Shown: positions 1 to 12,490, counted from the first letter of the stretch. The stretch is DNA of 64,000 nucleotides from Hydrolagus colliei (GCA_035084275.1 CM068755.1:12586001-12650000), one strand, 5' to 3'. Notes: generated by a model from the letters alone, not told the origin. Translations and numbers: made by a program.

Positions 1-369
1 AAACCAGTAGCAAATCACTTTATTTCCTGCCGAATGACTTTGCCTCTGAATTGGGGATCTGGATGTTATTGTGGGAGATTGAAAAGTTTTGAGCAGTTTG
101 ATTTGTTCATTTTTGAATCTATACGGTTTCTGCTGGAGATTTAACTATCATGTGATAGTTGAGGTGCTACTTGTTTCACAAGTATCACAAGATTTTCTAG
201 AGTTCTTCTTTCAATTTTTAGAAATAAGTTTCTCTACTGATTCCATAAAGCTCTCTACATTAGCACTGGCTTTGATCCAACTTGGTGTGTTTTCTTCAAA
301 CCAAAGTTATCATTATTTTTTAACAGTTCATTGCTGTAGAAAGTTCTTAAGGAACATGAATGCTGAGCA

Positions 370-690
370 CAAAATGCAAAATACTACAGCTGCTGGAATT
401 CAGAAACAAAAATAGAAGTCTCTGTGAACACTCAGCAGATCAGGCAGCACTTATGGAGAAAGTGTGTTAACGTTTCGGGCCCACGACCCTTCGGGCTAAG
501 TTTCGCTTTAACCCATCATCTTCTGTCCTCTACCACATTTCCTCCTTTGTCTTCCTTGCCCTGCATCCCCCCTCTTTGTTAGTCCTTAAAAGCCTCTTCC
601 TCCCAACATGCCCCAGTTCTGATGAAGGGTCATGGATTCGAAACGTTGACTCACTTTCCTTTCCCCATAGATGCTCCATGAATGCTGAGA
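370..690. mobile_element. Non-autonomous Penelope-like element remnant: two inverted pseudo-LTR copies around a pyrimidine-rich spacer
   Basis: The reverse complement of 431-492 (GAAGGGTCGTGGGCCCGAAACGTTAACACACTTTCTCCATAAGTGCTGCCTGATCTGCTGAG) aligns with 624-688 (GAAGGGTCATGGATTCGAAACGTTGACTCACTTTCC...ATAGATGCTCCATGAATGCTGAG). It resembles the common chondrichthyan CTGAxGAAGGGTC..CCCGAAACGT..GATGCTGCCTGACCTGCTGAG terminal repeat. Confidence 0.7.
615..651 (+). ncRNA. Minimal type I hammerhead ribozyme motif (Penelope pLTR type), probably degenerate
   Basis: Stem I AGUU(615-618)/GACU(648-651); core CUGAUGA 619-625; stem II GGGUC(627-631)/GAUUC(635-639); GAAA 640-643; palindromic AACGUU 642-647 in place of stem III; NUH triplet GUU 645-647. 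Confidence 0.6.
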
Positions 691-1954
691 GTGGTTGGTT
701 CAGTGATGGTTCTGTGGACTACCTGCACTTGTTTTCGTGGATTTGACAATCTATCCTCTGGAGCACCAAGAGTATTCATCAGTTGCAACGAAAAGATAAT
801 CTCTAAATGGATAAAGTCTATGTCGTTGATGCTTACCTTTTGTCATTGTCGATCAGGCAACTGTGACATATGTGGATGTTGAAAGTTATTGTCAGTATGT
901 GCAGCCGGACACGTGTTGTAGGCAGTAATCTGCTTTTCCAATGTTTGCAACTGAAGTTGTGACATCTGTTAATCTGTTAGAATGGAGTTGAGGGTTTGCA
1001 TCATCCTTGTCCGGATGCTGCCTGATATTTCAGCAATGACTACTTTCGCTTTACCATCATGAGAGAACCTTTGCATTTGCTATTTTTGTTTTGGATCCAA
1101 CTGCAGCGCTATTTTGTCCCTTAATTAGCAGACATGCACATTATCCATGTGGAGAAACCTTAACATTCATTTCTCATCTCGTATATGTTCTTTCAGTCTG
1201 TTGTACACATTCTGATTGAGTAGGTTTACACTTGCACCAGAGTTTCTCATTACTTTTCAAAGGGGTTTGTTCAGCATGGTTACTTGAACCATCAGTTGTT
1301 TGGGACAGGTTACTCAGCATGTGGCATAAACATATTCACCATCTGTGCTGCATGAATTGAGATCCGTATGGCTTGATTGATTAGTATTGTTCTCTGGCTG
1401 CACCTTATTCACTCCATGCTGTTGTGTGTGTCTTCTCATGAAGACTTGGTCTGTGTTCTTTGCTGTGCATTATCCAGTTGCTTTGAGCAACACAATCTTG
1501 TGAAGTATTTTTGTTACATGCATATCTACAGTATAGTTGTTCTCTGGCAAAACAACGTGCTTATTCCCCTGTGTATTTCCAACATAAATGAAATATTTAT
1601 TTCTCGTTTTTTGTTCCTGTTTGTTGTCTCCATTGGTGCTCAGTTTTTTTTTACAGGTGTTGTGTAACGTTTATGCTGTGTTTGTTCTCCGCCAATATGC
1701 TTGGAATTTCGATGGTCTTTGATGTTTGGCTTACATCCAGCAAATTTTTCACACTCGGTTGCTCAGAAAGAGGTACACCTCACAATACGTTATGATTCAC
1801 ATCTGAGAATTCATGTGCGGTCACTGGTTCTCATTGTTGTAGATGATCTAACTATACACTTATGTCTATCTTGCTTAAACATACAATTTCATACACTATA
1901 TAACAGTTTTACTTTGGCATAAATTGATTCTGAATCGCTTGAATGCTGTATCTT

Positions 1955-2006
1955 ACTCCGGAAGATGTGAAAAGCGCCATATCAAATGCAAGGATTATTA
2001 TTATTA
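1955..2006 (+). mobile_element. 3' tail of L2-mobilised SINE/LINE (5'-truncated)
   Basis: GATGTGAAAAGCGCCATATCAAATGCAAGGATTATTATTATTA; the same tail recurs more than 10 times in the window. Confidence 0.8.
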
Positions 2007-2161
2007 TGTATCTGACATGTTTCTGGTGGTATCTCACAAATATGACAAGACCATTCTCGAGCATAGGGTAAGAGTACAGCTGGCTTCATGGTGAGATGAG
2101 GTCCAAATGCAAATGTTAAATTTGTGGGGTCCAAATAAGTGGAATCTGCTTCTTTTCATTT

Positions 2162-2360
2162 GTGCCTGAAGAAGAATTTCAGGGCTAATTAAGAGCGAAC
2201 ATACGTACAATATAAAAATTTGCAGAGTTTCTCTCAGATAAGAAACAGCTCATTTACTGCAGGTTACTAATCTGCTCTATAATATTTATTAGAAATCAAT
2301 GACTGTAAGTTGCATTAGATACTTTTTGGAAACTGAAAAAGACCTTCCTTTTCCTAATAG
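2162..2360 (+). repeat. Diverged dispersed repeat, copy A (copy B at 5018-5230)
   Basis: Shared collinear blocks GTGCCTG(A/C)AGAAGAATTTCAG, CTAATCTGCTCTATAATATT (20 nt identical, 2267-2286 and 5139-5158) and AAACTGAAAAA. Confidence 0.7.
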
Positions 2361-2699
2361 AATTAATGGATATCCAATTGTTTGGGAATGAAGTCGAAAT
2401 GACTGTATGTCATCCATAAAGTCAAATTGGAGAAATAGTAAATGTTCTTGTGCTGCCCTCTCCCTGCTTATTTTAGTTTTATTTATTTCAACAATACTGA
2501 TGAGAAAGTTCCTAAATTTTTCTTTCAGTTTCTGATTTTTTTTTGGTTGCACTCAGGATGTTGATGGCCTTCATAATCCTCATTAGAATGCAGTGAATGC
2601 AGAACACAGGGAATAGTTCTCTTTAAAGCAGCTCTTCTTTTGTGCATGACGTTCATTATACCATTCCCATCACTTAATGTAGCTAACTTTTACCTGCAT

Positions 2700-3000
2700 A
2701 TGATTACCTCTGGGCTTTGATCATTTAGCTGATGGCACCTTATGCAGAAGATCAAATGGATGTGTGAAAAAGCGCAGTGCAGGGTGTGTCAGCAAAGTGG
2801 GTGGAATCAGTGGGACTATTGCACAGAGGAACGATGTGAAGTGGATGGATTCAATCGTTGCAAATCATACATTGTTTATGGCAGAATTTTGCCTCACCTG
2901 TTATTGCCTCCTGGAAATCAATTACAGATTGTCATCATTGCAATCTGCAAACAATTTTCAATCATGGAAAATATTCAGTGGGAAGAGCACTGATCACCAA
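2700..3000. promoter_or_regulatory. Candidate enhancer / conserved non-coding element
   Basis: Unique, compositionally balanced block with TCF/LEF CTTTGAT (2715-2721) and overlapping SOX CATTGTT and posterior-HOX/CDX TTTATGG motifs (2870-2881). Conservation not tested. Confidence 0.25.
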
Positions 3001-3915
3001 GAACATTGGTCGTTGAAAAATATAATTAACTGCAAAAATTTGAAGCCAGTGGCTACAGCTTTGTTGCAAATTTTATTTTCCGAAATAATAGCATGTGTAA
3101 CGAGCACATTTTAAAATCCAAAGTGCATCTTTATCCACATTCAGAGACAGGGCAAGCAACCTTCCTTTCGTTTTGCTTCAAAACCAATGCATTTTAGTGT
3201 GGGTTTGTCCAAGACTAATTAAAGTAAATGAGTAATTAACAACAAGCTTCATAAAATGTTTGCCTTCAGATTAATAAACTGTTTTAGCTACGTATTTTCA
3301 GGTCTGTGCACTTTAATTTTCTTTTACTGAACATTTCTAAATAGTAACATACTATCGTATGCACCCTGATGAAGATCGTCATTCGCATGTGACACTACCC
3401 TCAGCACAGGTCGCATGTTGGACTGCAATGTATGTCGTTTTTGGTCATCAAGGCTGCCCTTTTGGAATATTGTGAGTGTCACTGCAGTTGGTTCAGAAAG
3501 AAAACTGAGTCATAGAACAAGAATTTATAGAATCTTTAATGCATTTGTCAGAATAGAGTGAACACAATGTTTACAGTAATGGCTTGTTTTTTGGGGAGAG
3601 AATATTCAACCAGTTCCATTATAAATGCTTATCTATGGAAGGGAGAACAGGACTACATCAACTCAGAAGATAGCATTGCTACCTTCACCTTGGCTGGTAA
3701 ACATGAACCTGAAACAAGGGATAATCCATATTACTCACAGCAGGCAAGTTGAAGCATCATGTTTTCTGTAGATTTAAAAGAATAGGTGTAAAGCTCTATT
3801 GCTTGAAAGACTGCACTGATTATAAGCACTTATTGCATCTGAATGTGACGTGCTTAAAATTGGATGGATCCAAAATGGAAAGGCGTGTATTGTGGATGAA
3901 CACCGCTTAACACAG

Positions 3916-3982
3916 TAATAAGAATAATCCTTGCATTTGATATAGCGCTTTTCACGTCTTCTCGACATCTCATAGCACTTAA
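3916..3982 (-). mobile_element. 3' tail of L2-mobilised SINE/LINE
   Basis: AATAATCCTTGCATTTGATATAGCGCTTTTCACGTC is the reverse complement of the recurrent tail. Confidence 0.8.
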
Positions 3983-5017
3983 GGTACATTTCAGGGACAT
4001 TTTACAGAGCTAGTTTGTACAACTTTATAGGGAATCTAAACTTAAAAGCAACTCAGAAAATATTTTAAAATATTTTTAATTTAATTGTATCAAGGTGAGG
4101 GAACTAACTAATTTTGTCTATTGAGGTTATTTCCTTATAAGAATGTGCTGATAATTTATCACAGTGTGCACGCCAACACTTTAAGGCTAATACTGTACTG
4201 ACACTTCTTTGGTTTAAATTAGGTTACACCCATGCTTGAACAGTATATCCAAATTTTGAAGGGGAAAAATTATAGTTCCCTTAAGGACCTGGAGGTGAAC
4301 CATGTTGGCAGGATATCTCATAAAAGGTTTTTGTGATATTTTGTAAAAAGAAAAACCATAATGGTGGTCACAAATCATCTCATGCATAGGTGAGACCCTT
4401 AAAACGATTCCATCATGTTTTAATTGATAAGGTAAGAAGAAAATGTTCGAGAAGCTCATAGCAGTCCAATCTAGACCTAGCCTTAGATTGATATCCAGTT
4501 CATTCTTATAACTGTGAGTCCAGTAATTCTGGTTCCAAATCCAATTCCCATTCTAGTAAAGGTGTTCAGATTTTTCTAAGTGATTTTAAAACCAGTATGA
4601 ATGGCCCGGACCTCCACATCAAGGTCACATCTGGTTTTTGCTGGTAGTGTTCTGGATGTAGTTTATCCATTAACTACTTAATTCCTAGATTGATTGTCAT
4701 AAAATCATTCAAAGAGAAGCTGAGAGTTCAAAGTAATTTCAGGAGTATGGGAGAACCACTGCATCGCTTTCTTTTTTAGCATGTCTTGCAGTCCAGCTTG
4801 CTTCACTGTAAATATGGTGGTGCCTGGATATAGGTATCCAGACAAATAATTGAGTGCGGATTATGAAAGTACAGATTCTTTGTCCTTTTTGAATTGTGAT
4901 TTTGCACAATATAAATAATCTGGCTTCAATCTTGATCTTTAGATTTGTGACTTTATTTTGTCCCCAAATTTGGAGCTCAATCTTCCATTAAGCTGAATTA
5001 CTCTGAATTATTTACTA

Positions 5018-5230
5018 GTGCCTGCAGAAGAATTTCAGTCTCAATTTTTAATAAAGTAAACTACAGAACTGATTACACTTTATAACTAAGTACCCAGAGA
5101 ATTATTTTGGATTAGAATTGGCTAGTGTATCCATTTTGCTAATCTGCTCTATAATATTCAACATTAGAATTCAACGACAAAAGTTATCAGTTGAAAACTG
5201 AAAAACTATAGTTTGTTTCCTCCTAAAAGG
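5018..5230 (+). repeat. Diverged dispersed repeat, copy B
   Basis: Same collinear blocks as copy A at 2162-2360. Confidence 0.7.
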
Positions 5231-5599
5231 TTTAAGGTAAACAAAAGGTGTCACAGTGAATCAAACATCTGAAGTTGTGTTCATGAAACCTAATAATCCC
5301 CCAAGCCACATTTTGAAAATTTACCAACTGAACCAATTTGGATCAGTTAGGATCCGTTGTTTCTACAGTGGCACCTAGTGAAAACTATCCAAGTATACTT
5401 AATATAGAGATATTGCATTGACCTCAGAACCATCTGCTGAATCTGCCCGCGTTGGAGGACTTCCTTTGAAGAATGTCCATTCATCTGTGTGAGAGCATAG
5501 CACTTCTCTGAGACTGGTGAATACCCCCAGCATTGTTGTCTCATTGGTCTCTGACTGAGTTGAAGCAGTCCTTACTGTATCTTTACATTTGGTTGTTAA

Positions 5600-6290
5600 G
5601 GAGTCCTTACTCGGGGTTAGACTTCTTCAACTAAGATTGTGATCTCCAAGTTGCACAAACTTCGAGTTAATTTTTGTCAGCTTTGCTTTGTGTTACCTGG
5701 TATCCTAGAATTGCTCTCTTGCTCTGTCCCCTCGTTCTGCCTCTATAAAGTCCCCTCTTAGTAGTCACGTTTCAAAGCTGAAATGCCTGATCTTGAATAT
5801 TGCTCAAAGCATATTCTTCTGACATTAACAAAATGTTTCAACATCAGGGATCAAGCTCATTGCTCTGCTCTGCACTACCTCTAGGGCTTTCCCGGAGTTC
5901 CTTTATGTTACGTCAATCAGAACTGTATGAATGTACTCAAGGTGCGGTTTAAACAGTGCACTCTCCAACTTGAGAATAGAAAGTTTCAATCATTCTGGAC
6001 ATCATCACGTGGTACGCTTCACTGCGGGATCATTGTCGTCTCCGAATAGCTGGTTCTCAATTTCTCCAAAACTTTAGGCTACTCACAAACATGTTCTGCA
6101 CAATATTGCTGTACAGACATTAGTAGGTGGGAATTGTCCCAGGGAAAACACTTTCAGTCACCATCACCTGATGGTATTTCCTTACAATTAACTTGTTAAT
6201 GCCTATCAGCAGGTCCTAAAACTAGGATATTAAAGACTCCTGTGCATTGGCTGCACCATTAACACTACCATCAGCCTTGAATCGAACAGA
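5600..6290 (-). mobile_element. Decayed CR1 LINE ORF2 (RT C-terminal half)
   Basis: The minus strand translates to SALFKPHLEY and KALEVVQSRAMSLIPDV at about 5830-5965 (compare CR1 ALVRPHLEY..QFW and ALERVQRRATRLIP), with a VLGP-like remnant near 6215. Ends are approximate. Confidence 0.75.
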
Positions 6291-7094
6291 GCTACGAATG
6301 TGGATGAATTGCTGATGAAAATCTTGTTCTTGGACATATGCAATAAACCCACATGCCTGTTTTCCTTTTTGACAATTATTTGTATTCATGGCATACAAAT
6401 GTTAGGAAATGATTGCAGTCGACATTTGAGAGAGTGACTTTGCTTCTGTAGTTGTAAATGCTCCTCCTTCTCAAACTGATTTCTGGAGAAGCGGAGTTTC
6501 CACCAGAACTGAATTCTGAAAATGGTGTCACACTTGGCTCCTATTGTTCGATTAATAATTGCAAGAATCATCGGGAATTCTTATATATGTTTAGGTTAAA
6601 TGCATCAGGATTTGTTACGCTTAAAGTAATTATTTTAGGAGCCTTTAACAGTGGGCATATCTGGCATATTCCTGGCAATGAAAAATACCAGCAAAGAAAA
6701 GCTACAGATAAAGAAATACTAAAACAGTTTGTTTAATGATCCCGTGGAGAAAACCCTTTGGCAACAAGGACAATCTTAAACTGTGTAATCTCTGTTTAGA
6801 TGTTTCGTTATCTCTTGGCAATACTAGCTTCAGAGCAGACTCAAAAAGTCTGAAATCTTGATATAATCAGTAGGTTTATATGCAGTGCATATTTTGTTGA
6901 TTCCTCCTTGTCTATCTTTACTGCACTAATATTCCATATATTGTATAAGAACACTCTGCATTGACTGCTCTTGGTGAGATTTTTACTGCTCCTAGTTGAC
7001 ATACTGTAAAATATTGGAGTAATGTCTGTAGCTCATGTAAATGTTTTAACCTGCCACAGACACTTTATTTTCCGTAGTCACACAGGCATCAGAG

Positions 7095-7485
7095 AAGTAG
7101 CATTTTTATAGCACCTTAGCACATCAAAATGTCTCAAAGCACATAGAGAATTACTGTCAAATGCAGTGACTGCTTTTGTAGGCAGACATGACAGTTATTT
7201 ACACCAACGAACAGCAATGAGGTGAATGAACAATTAATCCAATGGATTGTAGGCCAGGACAATGAGAGAAAACTCTATTTTCTAAAGTGCCACAGGATCT
7301 ATACAGTTCACCTGAATAAGTGGGACCCCCCCACAGGTCATCATCTCATTTGAAGCACACAACTCTGTCAATGTGGTGCTCCCCCAGTTCTGCACTAAGA
7401 GTCAGCCAAGAATGAACTCAAGTCCTGACGTGTGGCTTGAACCCACAGCTTTCTGACGCGGAGCCAAAAGAGTCAAGCTGGCACT
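7095..7485 (-). mobile_element. Near full-length tRNA-derived DeuSINE-type SINE (SacSINE1-like)
   Basis: On the minus strand: tRNA-like head with B-box GGGTTCAAGCC (7434-7444), a Deu-domain-like core (GTGCAGAACTGGGGGAGCACCACATTGACAGAG...GGCACTTT...TGTCCTGGCC) and the L2-type tail. Homologous to 59990-60490. Confidence 0.8.
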
Positions 7486-7589
7486 TAGTGAGCGAGTGCA
7501 TTTTCCAATATGGTTGTTTTCAGCAGTTGATGAAAATTTAAAAAGAATCAACAGCTTTAAAATGAGATAACCATAGGTTCATTGTAAGT

Positions 7590-7810
7590 TATAAAGCCCC
7601 AGAGCGTGTCTGCTTCAGGGAGACTGTTTGCAACAGTGTGCAGCCACATCAACTTTCCAACAGACGGGCTCACGGATTATAATAAATGATAATGTTAGTC
7701 CTGAAAATGCAAATTTGGTGACATCATCCCAGTGAGATCAATAGCAAAGTCCTTCAGATAATAAAATTACATCAATCAATTCAGTTTGCACAGATATTAA
7801 TTTTGGTGAA
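7590..7810. promoter_or_regulatory. Candidate enhancer / conserved non-coding element
   Basis: Unique block with octamer ATGCAAAT (7707-7714) and PBX-HOX site ATCAATCA, i.e. TGATTGAT on the minus strand (7771-7778). Confidence 0.25.
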
Positions 7811-9242
7811 AAAATAGTCAAGGTCTATATTCATTATTTTTTATAATTATGTGTGTAATTTCTTGAATGCATTTTATCTTGGAATTATGGCGAACAAAGT
7901 CTAGTTTGTGTACTGGTCAATGATTCAATAGAAATTCCGGCAAGCCTTCATTACTCACAATTTTTTAAAAGGCTACACTGTAATAACAGAGAACCATTTG
8001 GAACAATTCACCCGAAACTGAAATGTATTTTTCTCGGTCCTGGATTTCTTTTTGTCACAGAAAGTGAATGTTGTGTGAGTGGCAATGTCTGATAAAACCA
8101 GTGGAAAGCTTCTGCATAAATTATGTGAAAGGATTTATCAGAGAAAAAAAAATGAAAGCTCTCCCAGAGATGAGAGGTTGAAGGGTCCATTGAAAATCAG
8201 AGAGATTACCAGCTCATCACATTATTTGTGGGTTATCAGGAGACAGTGGTAATGAAAGTGAAAGCTATCTTCTGATCAATAAGAGTTTGACTGTGTTTGG
8301 AGTTCATTTTCCCCTGCCGAGAGAGACTGCAAGGAACTATTGATCATTTTATTAATCCATAACTGGTCTCAGCCCTCCCTCGCGGACAAGGAGGAAAAAT
8401 AACATAATAACTAGTAACACTTGATCTTTTATTTTGTTGTGAGAATGTGGTCTGATGAGACTCAATGCCAAAGGTGGAGTCCTGAATTTAAAGGTGGGGA
8501 GGTGACTGTTTGGCCTTCTCTGAAGTGCTTTTGTAGTCAGGGTTAGAATCTCTTCATCAGGATCTCTATAGTGGTGTTAGCCGATAACGCCATTATTAAT
8601 TGTGCCTGCTTGTAGGATGTCAGCTGGCAGCGGAGATTGAGACAGATGAGGTCTTAGGAGTCAGTGACTCAAGCTGGCTAGTGCAGGCTTCTAACCTCCC
8701 ATCACTTAACAGTGCAGGTGCACTATTTCACATCCATCAGCATTTAATGTTTTAAGATTTAATCAGTGGTGCTTGAAGGAAAACACAGCATTAGAATAGC
8801 CTGATCTGTAAATCAAAATTGAGGGTTTTCATAAATTTTTCTGACTGGAAATGGAACATTTAGAGAACACTGCTTTTACGTAACCCATGTATATTTATTA
8901 CTGAATAGTAAAACTGCCAGTTTAAAAAAAACTGAACCTGATAGTAAAACTCTAGTTGTAATCTACCTCTTCATAATTATGTATTTATTCAGCACTCTTT
9001 TCTTTCATCCTATTCATCAATTTGAATAATTTCCATTGTGTCCCTTATTATTTCACTTTCCTTTCCTCTTGTCCTTTGAATTATTGTTGAGTTTTCAACT
9101 CCCAGAGTGAATCAGGAATATTGTTACATAAATCTAGAAAAGCCTGAAAAAGGCAAACGTATACCCCCAAAGCCCCAAATCCTTAAAAGTGGAAGAAGAT
9201 TGATACATTACTTCTATCCATAAAAGAAAGATTTCACTAGAG

Positions 9243-9320
9243 ATTATTATTATTAATAATAAAAATTATTGCATTTGATATAGGGCCTCATCACGTCCTT
9301 GAGACAAATCAAAGTGCTTC
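9243..9320 (-). mobile_element. 3' tail of L2-mobilised SINE/LINE
   Basis: TTGCATTTGATATAGGGCCTCATCACGTCCTTGAGACAAATCAAAGTGCTT preceded by ATT/AAT repeats. Confidence 0.7.
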
Positions 9321-11669
9321 GAATATCCTGTAAAATGAATTGTTGACAATTCCTGCTATATCCTGGAAATCAAACCTTGTTCAGTTGACATTGGTTCTTC
9401 ACTACAGTCAGGCTGAAGGATTTTATAAAGAGCAGTACAGTGGTTGCAAATTGATGTTTTGAAATAGTGTTTAAGGTCTGAAGAATGTGGCTGTCTCCTA
9501 TCACTGTGCATGTTTGTTCTCACCCCGAAGCCTTTGATGATCAAGATTTGTATCAACATTGGCTCAAGGGGAGGTCATAAGATCTCCTTCTACAAGACAA
9601 TGTTTTACTTTTCATGCCAATTGTTTGAAATATCCATTCAGCACATATTAAACAGAGAAGAAGAGTTTAGCCAATTGTTAGACTCTTAAAATAAACTGGA
9701 AGCAAATCAGTAATCATACATATGTCTAAGTGATGGTGTCCCTCTGGGTGTAGCTTCTTATCACAGTACAAGTCTGTAAAAAGTGAGTTATTTGTTAATG
9801 TTGACTCATCCAATCCTGAAAAAGTCAGGAAGAATAAAGCCTATTCATTTTTAATAAAAAGATTGTAAGTGATGTGAAAAAATGGAATACTCTTTCCTGG
9901 TTTGGGTGCATGTTGTGAGAACAAACATCATGCCCACAATAAGCAATGTGGTTTCAATAATTTCCTTGTAACCTTTCCTAGTTTATCACAGAGTTGGTAG
10001 TAAAAATAAAATAGGTGCATACATTAAAAATCAAAAGAATGGTTGGATAAATCAACCACAATCTTAGAATCACTTTGTATCTTATCAAATGGGACTTTTT
10101 TTTTGCTGGAAATCAAATGGATTCTGCTAAGAATATTGAATTTTATTTTCTGATATGCTCTGAACGGGTTCTGAAAGGGATAGTTACCTAAATCTGAAAC
10201 ATCACTCAAATTGTTGTTCCCTTCAATTTATTTAATTTCCAACCTCATTGAAAACTGTTCAATTCAACCAATTTCCATCATTTCCAACATTGTGATGCAG
10301 GTACCCCGTAGGAAAGCAAAGATCAACCACATGCACTGAAGAAACAATATGGATATCCATTGTGCACAAGTCCCCAAGGTCTGTAGTGCAGATGTAGAAA
10401 AGGGCTTTATTATTGACTACTATCTTCAACCAATGGAAATATTTATGGTCATGTACTTATAAAGACCACAGTGAGCACCATAGATTATGAATAATTCAAG
10501 TGTGCTATCTTCCAGTTTGAATACGCTGCACATGCAGGCACTGGATATGCACAGAATTCTTGATTTAATATGGTAAGTAAAAAGTTAATTAATGCCATGC
10601 TCAATAAACAGGCACTCCTTATGGTAAAGTGAATCAGCATTGTGATATGTCATTTAAGGGTTAATTGGTGCAATTATTGGCTATTTTGAGATAAGCATGC
10701 AATCGAGTTAGCATGAAGTAATGTTCCACAATTTTCCATGACTGGTTGTTTGGTGATTTAGGTTGCTTTTACAGACCAGGATAGAGAATATTGGAATAAA
10801 AATGTGGCTGTTTTATAAGGGAGGTAACTGCAGTGTGTATGATGTGATAATTATACCATGTTTCCCCCTGATGCTAAAAGCTGTACTGCAAATAGTGTGT
10901 TTAGAGTGTAGAACCACACTGTAGATATTCTGAAACTATGACATAAAATCTTTTTTGAAGATTTTGAATAAATGGTTACAATTTCAATCCAACAGGCTCA
11001 ATATCTGTTCCATAAATATTTAGCGCTCTGTAGCTGAAAACATGTTTTTTGTTCCAAATACAACAATATCTCAAAACTGCAAAACAAAATAATTTTTTTC
11101 CCCTATAATTGGTGTTGACATTATTTTACACCGGAGATATGTGTTTTATTCTAATACAATGAATAATGAGACCCAAATTAAAGAAGTCTCGTCATTAGTA
11201 CCCATTTCAAAATTAAAAGTTAAAATATTATGATTTATTTTAACATTTTTTTATTCTATGAATTTATTGCACATGTTTTGTTTGAACAGAATGCTGATAA
11301 CATGGCTGATACTCTGCCTGAACCCTAGGAGCAAACTGAATTAACGCACACAGTCAAGATGACATTTTCATTGAAGCACCCTGGAATAATGGCAGCATCT
11401 ATATTGATATATCAGGTGCCTCACAGTGTCAAACTCCTCTAAGTCAGCTACCTCTGAAGATGTCATCAAAGCTTACTGCTGAAGCAAATGTACTCCACAA
11501 ACTAACAAATGACTGAAATATTATATTAAGGTTAATAATAATTCTGTTAGCTCTTTAAGTGGGGGCACAGATGGTAAATAAATCTCTCTGAAAGGCTGTA
11601 CATTTAGAAAACTTGTTTTCGCTCCATCAGGATATGAAGTACAATGGAAAATATTTTGAATGTCGTTCT

Positions 11670-12490
11670 TTGCAACAACAGCAACATTTAAACGTTGCCC
11701 TTCACACAGTGGGCAGTGTTTCAAGACACTTAACAGTGGTGGAGACTGATGCTGAGCCGAGCGGAGGGGGCAGGTGACCATAAGCACGGTTAAAGAGGAA
11801 GGTCTTCAGCTGTGAACTGAAAATGAGCAAGTTGGGGGCAAGGCAGAGTGATTTTGGTGGCAAGTTCCAAATATTCGGGACTTAAAGAATGAAAACATGG
11901 TCGTTGATGGTGAAGTGGAGCAGGTGAGAGACAAGCAGCAGAAAAGCCGAGTGCAGGCAGTGGGTAGTGGAATAGGATATGAAGGGCGAGTAGACGAGTA
12001 TCTTGAAGTTGTTCCGTTGTATGATAGGGATCCAGATATGCCTAGTGAGGACTGGTGTGATACGGATGCAGAATTCAGAGCAGGTGGGTATGTGGGCAGT
12101 GATGTTTTAAATGAGTTTGTGGATAGTGGAGCTGGGGAGGGCATTGAAATAGTCGAGGTGAGAGGTGCAAAAGCATTGAGTGAGAGTTTTATTTTTTGGC
12201 TGTGTTGGTTGTGGTACAGTCAGGGGCGTGCAATGTGATGGTGGTGAAGGAAAGCAGGCTTGGTCAGGGATTTGGAGTAGGAAGGACAGCTGGAGATGAA
12301 ACCTGATGCCAATATTACGCCTATCTTACATAGTGATAGGTTGAGGAGTTGAGGAGGTCAGAGCCACAGGAAAGAAGACGTTGACAGGAGCCAAGGATGA
12401 TGGCTTCCATCTTGTCGATATGCAGCTGCAGGAAGCTTGTGTTCATCCAGGCCTTGACGTCTGACAAACAAGCTGACAGAACATCAGTGT
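11670..12490 (-). mobile_element. 5'-truncated, decayed L2 LINE (ORF2 C-terminus and 3' UTR)
   Basis: Minus strand 12479-12387 translates LSACLSDVKAWMNTSFLQLHIDKMEAIILGS (L2 motif LSxCLxDIKxWMxxNFLQLNxxKTE), followed by an LDYxNAL-like remnant near 12140-12160 and a (TTG)n-type tail near 11675. It accounts for the ORFs at 11806-12238. Confidence 0.85.

Larger units (their letters stand above)
60..1900 (-). mobile_element. Decayed Gypsy/Ty3 LTR-retrotransposon internal region (gag-like, protease, integrase remnants), interrupted at about 370-690 by another element
   Basis: Hand translation of the minus strand gives a protease motif NSGASVNLLNQNVYNRLKE at about 1190-1245 (DSGA with D>N) and integrase motifs MSQLPDRQ*QKVS and, after a frameshift, RDYLFVATDEYSW at about 765-875 (compare LPxRPWxxV..D and YLxVxDxYS). 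Stops and frameshifts occur throughout; ends are approximate. Confidence 0.7.

Noticed and set aside
4200-10210. Possible additional CR1 RT fragments at about 4200-4460 and 9900-10210 (minus strand)
   Set aside because: Only faint DFxKAFDK-like traces; too degraded to call without an alignment.
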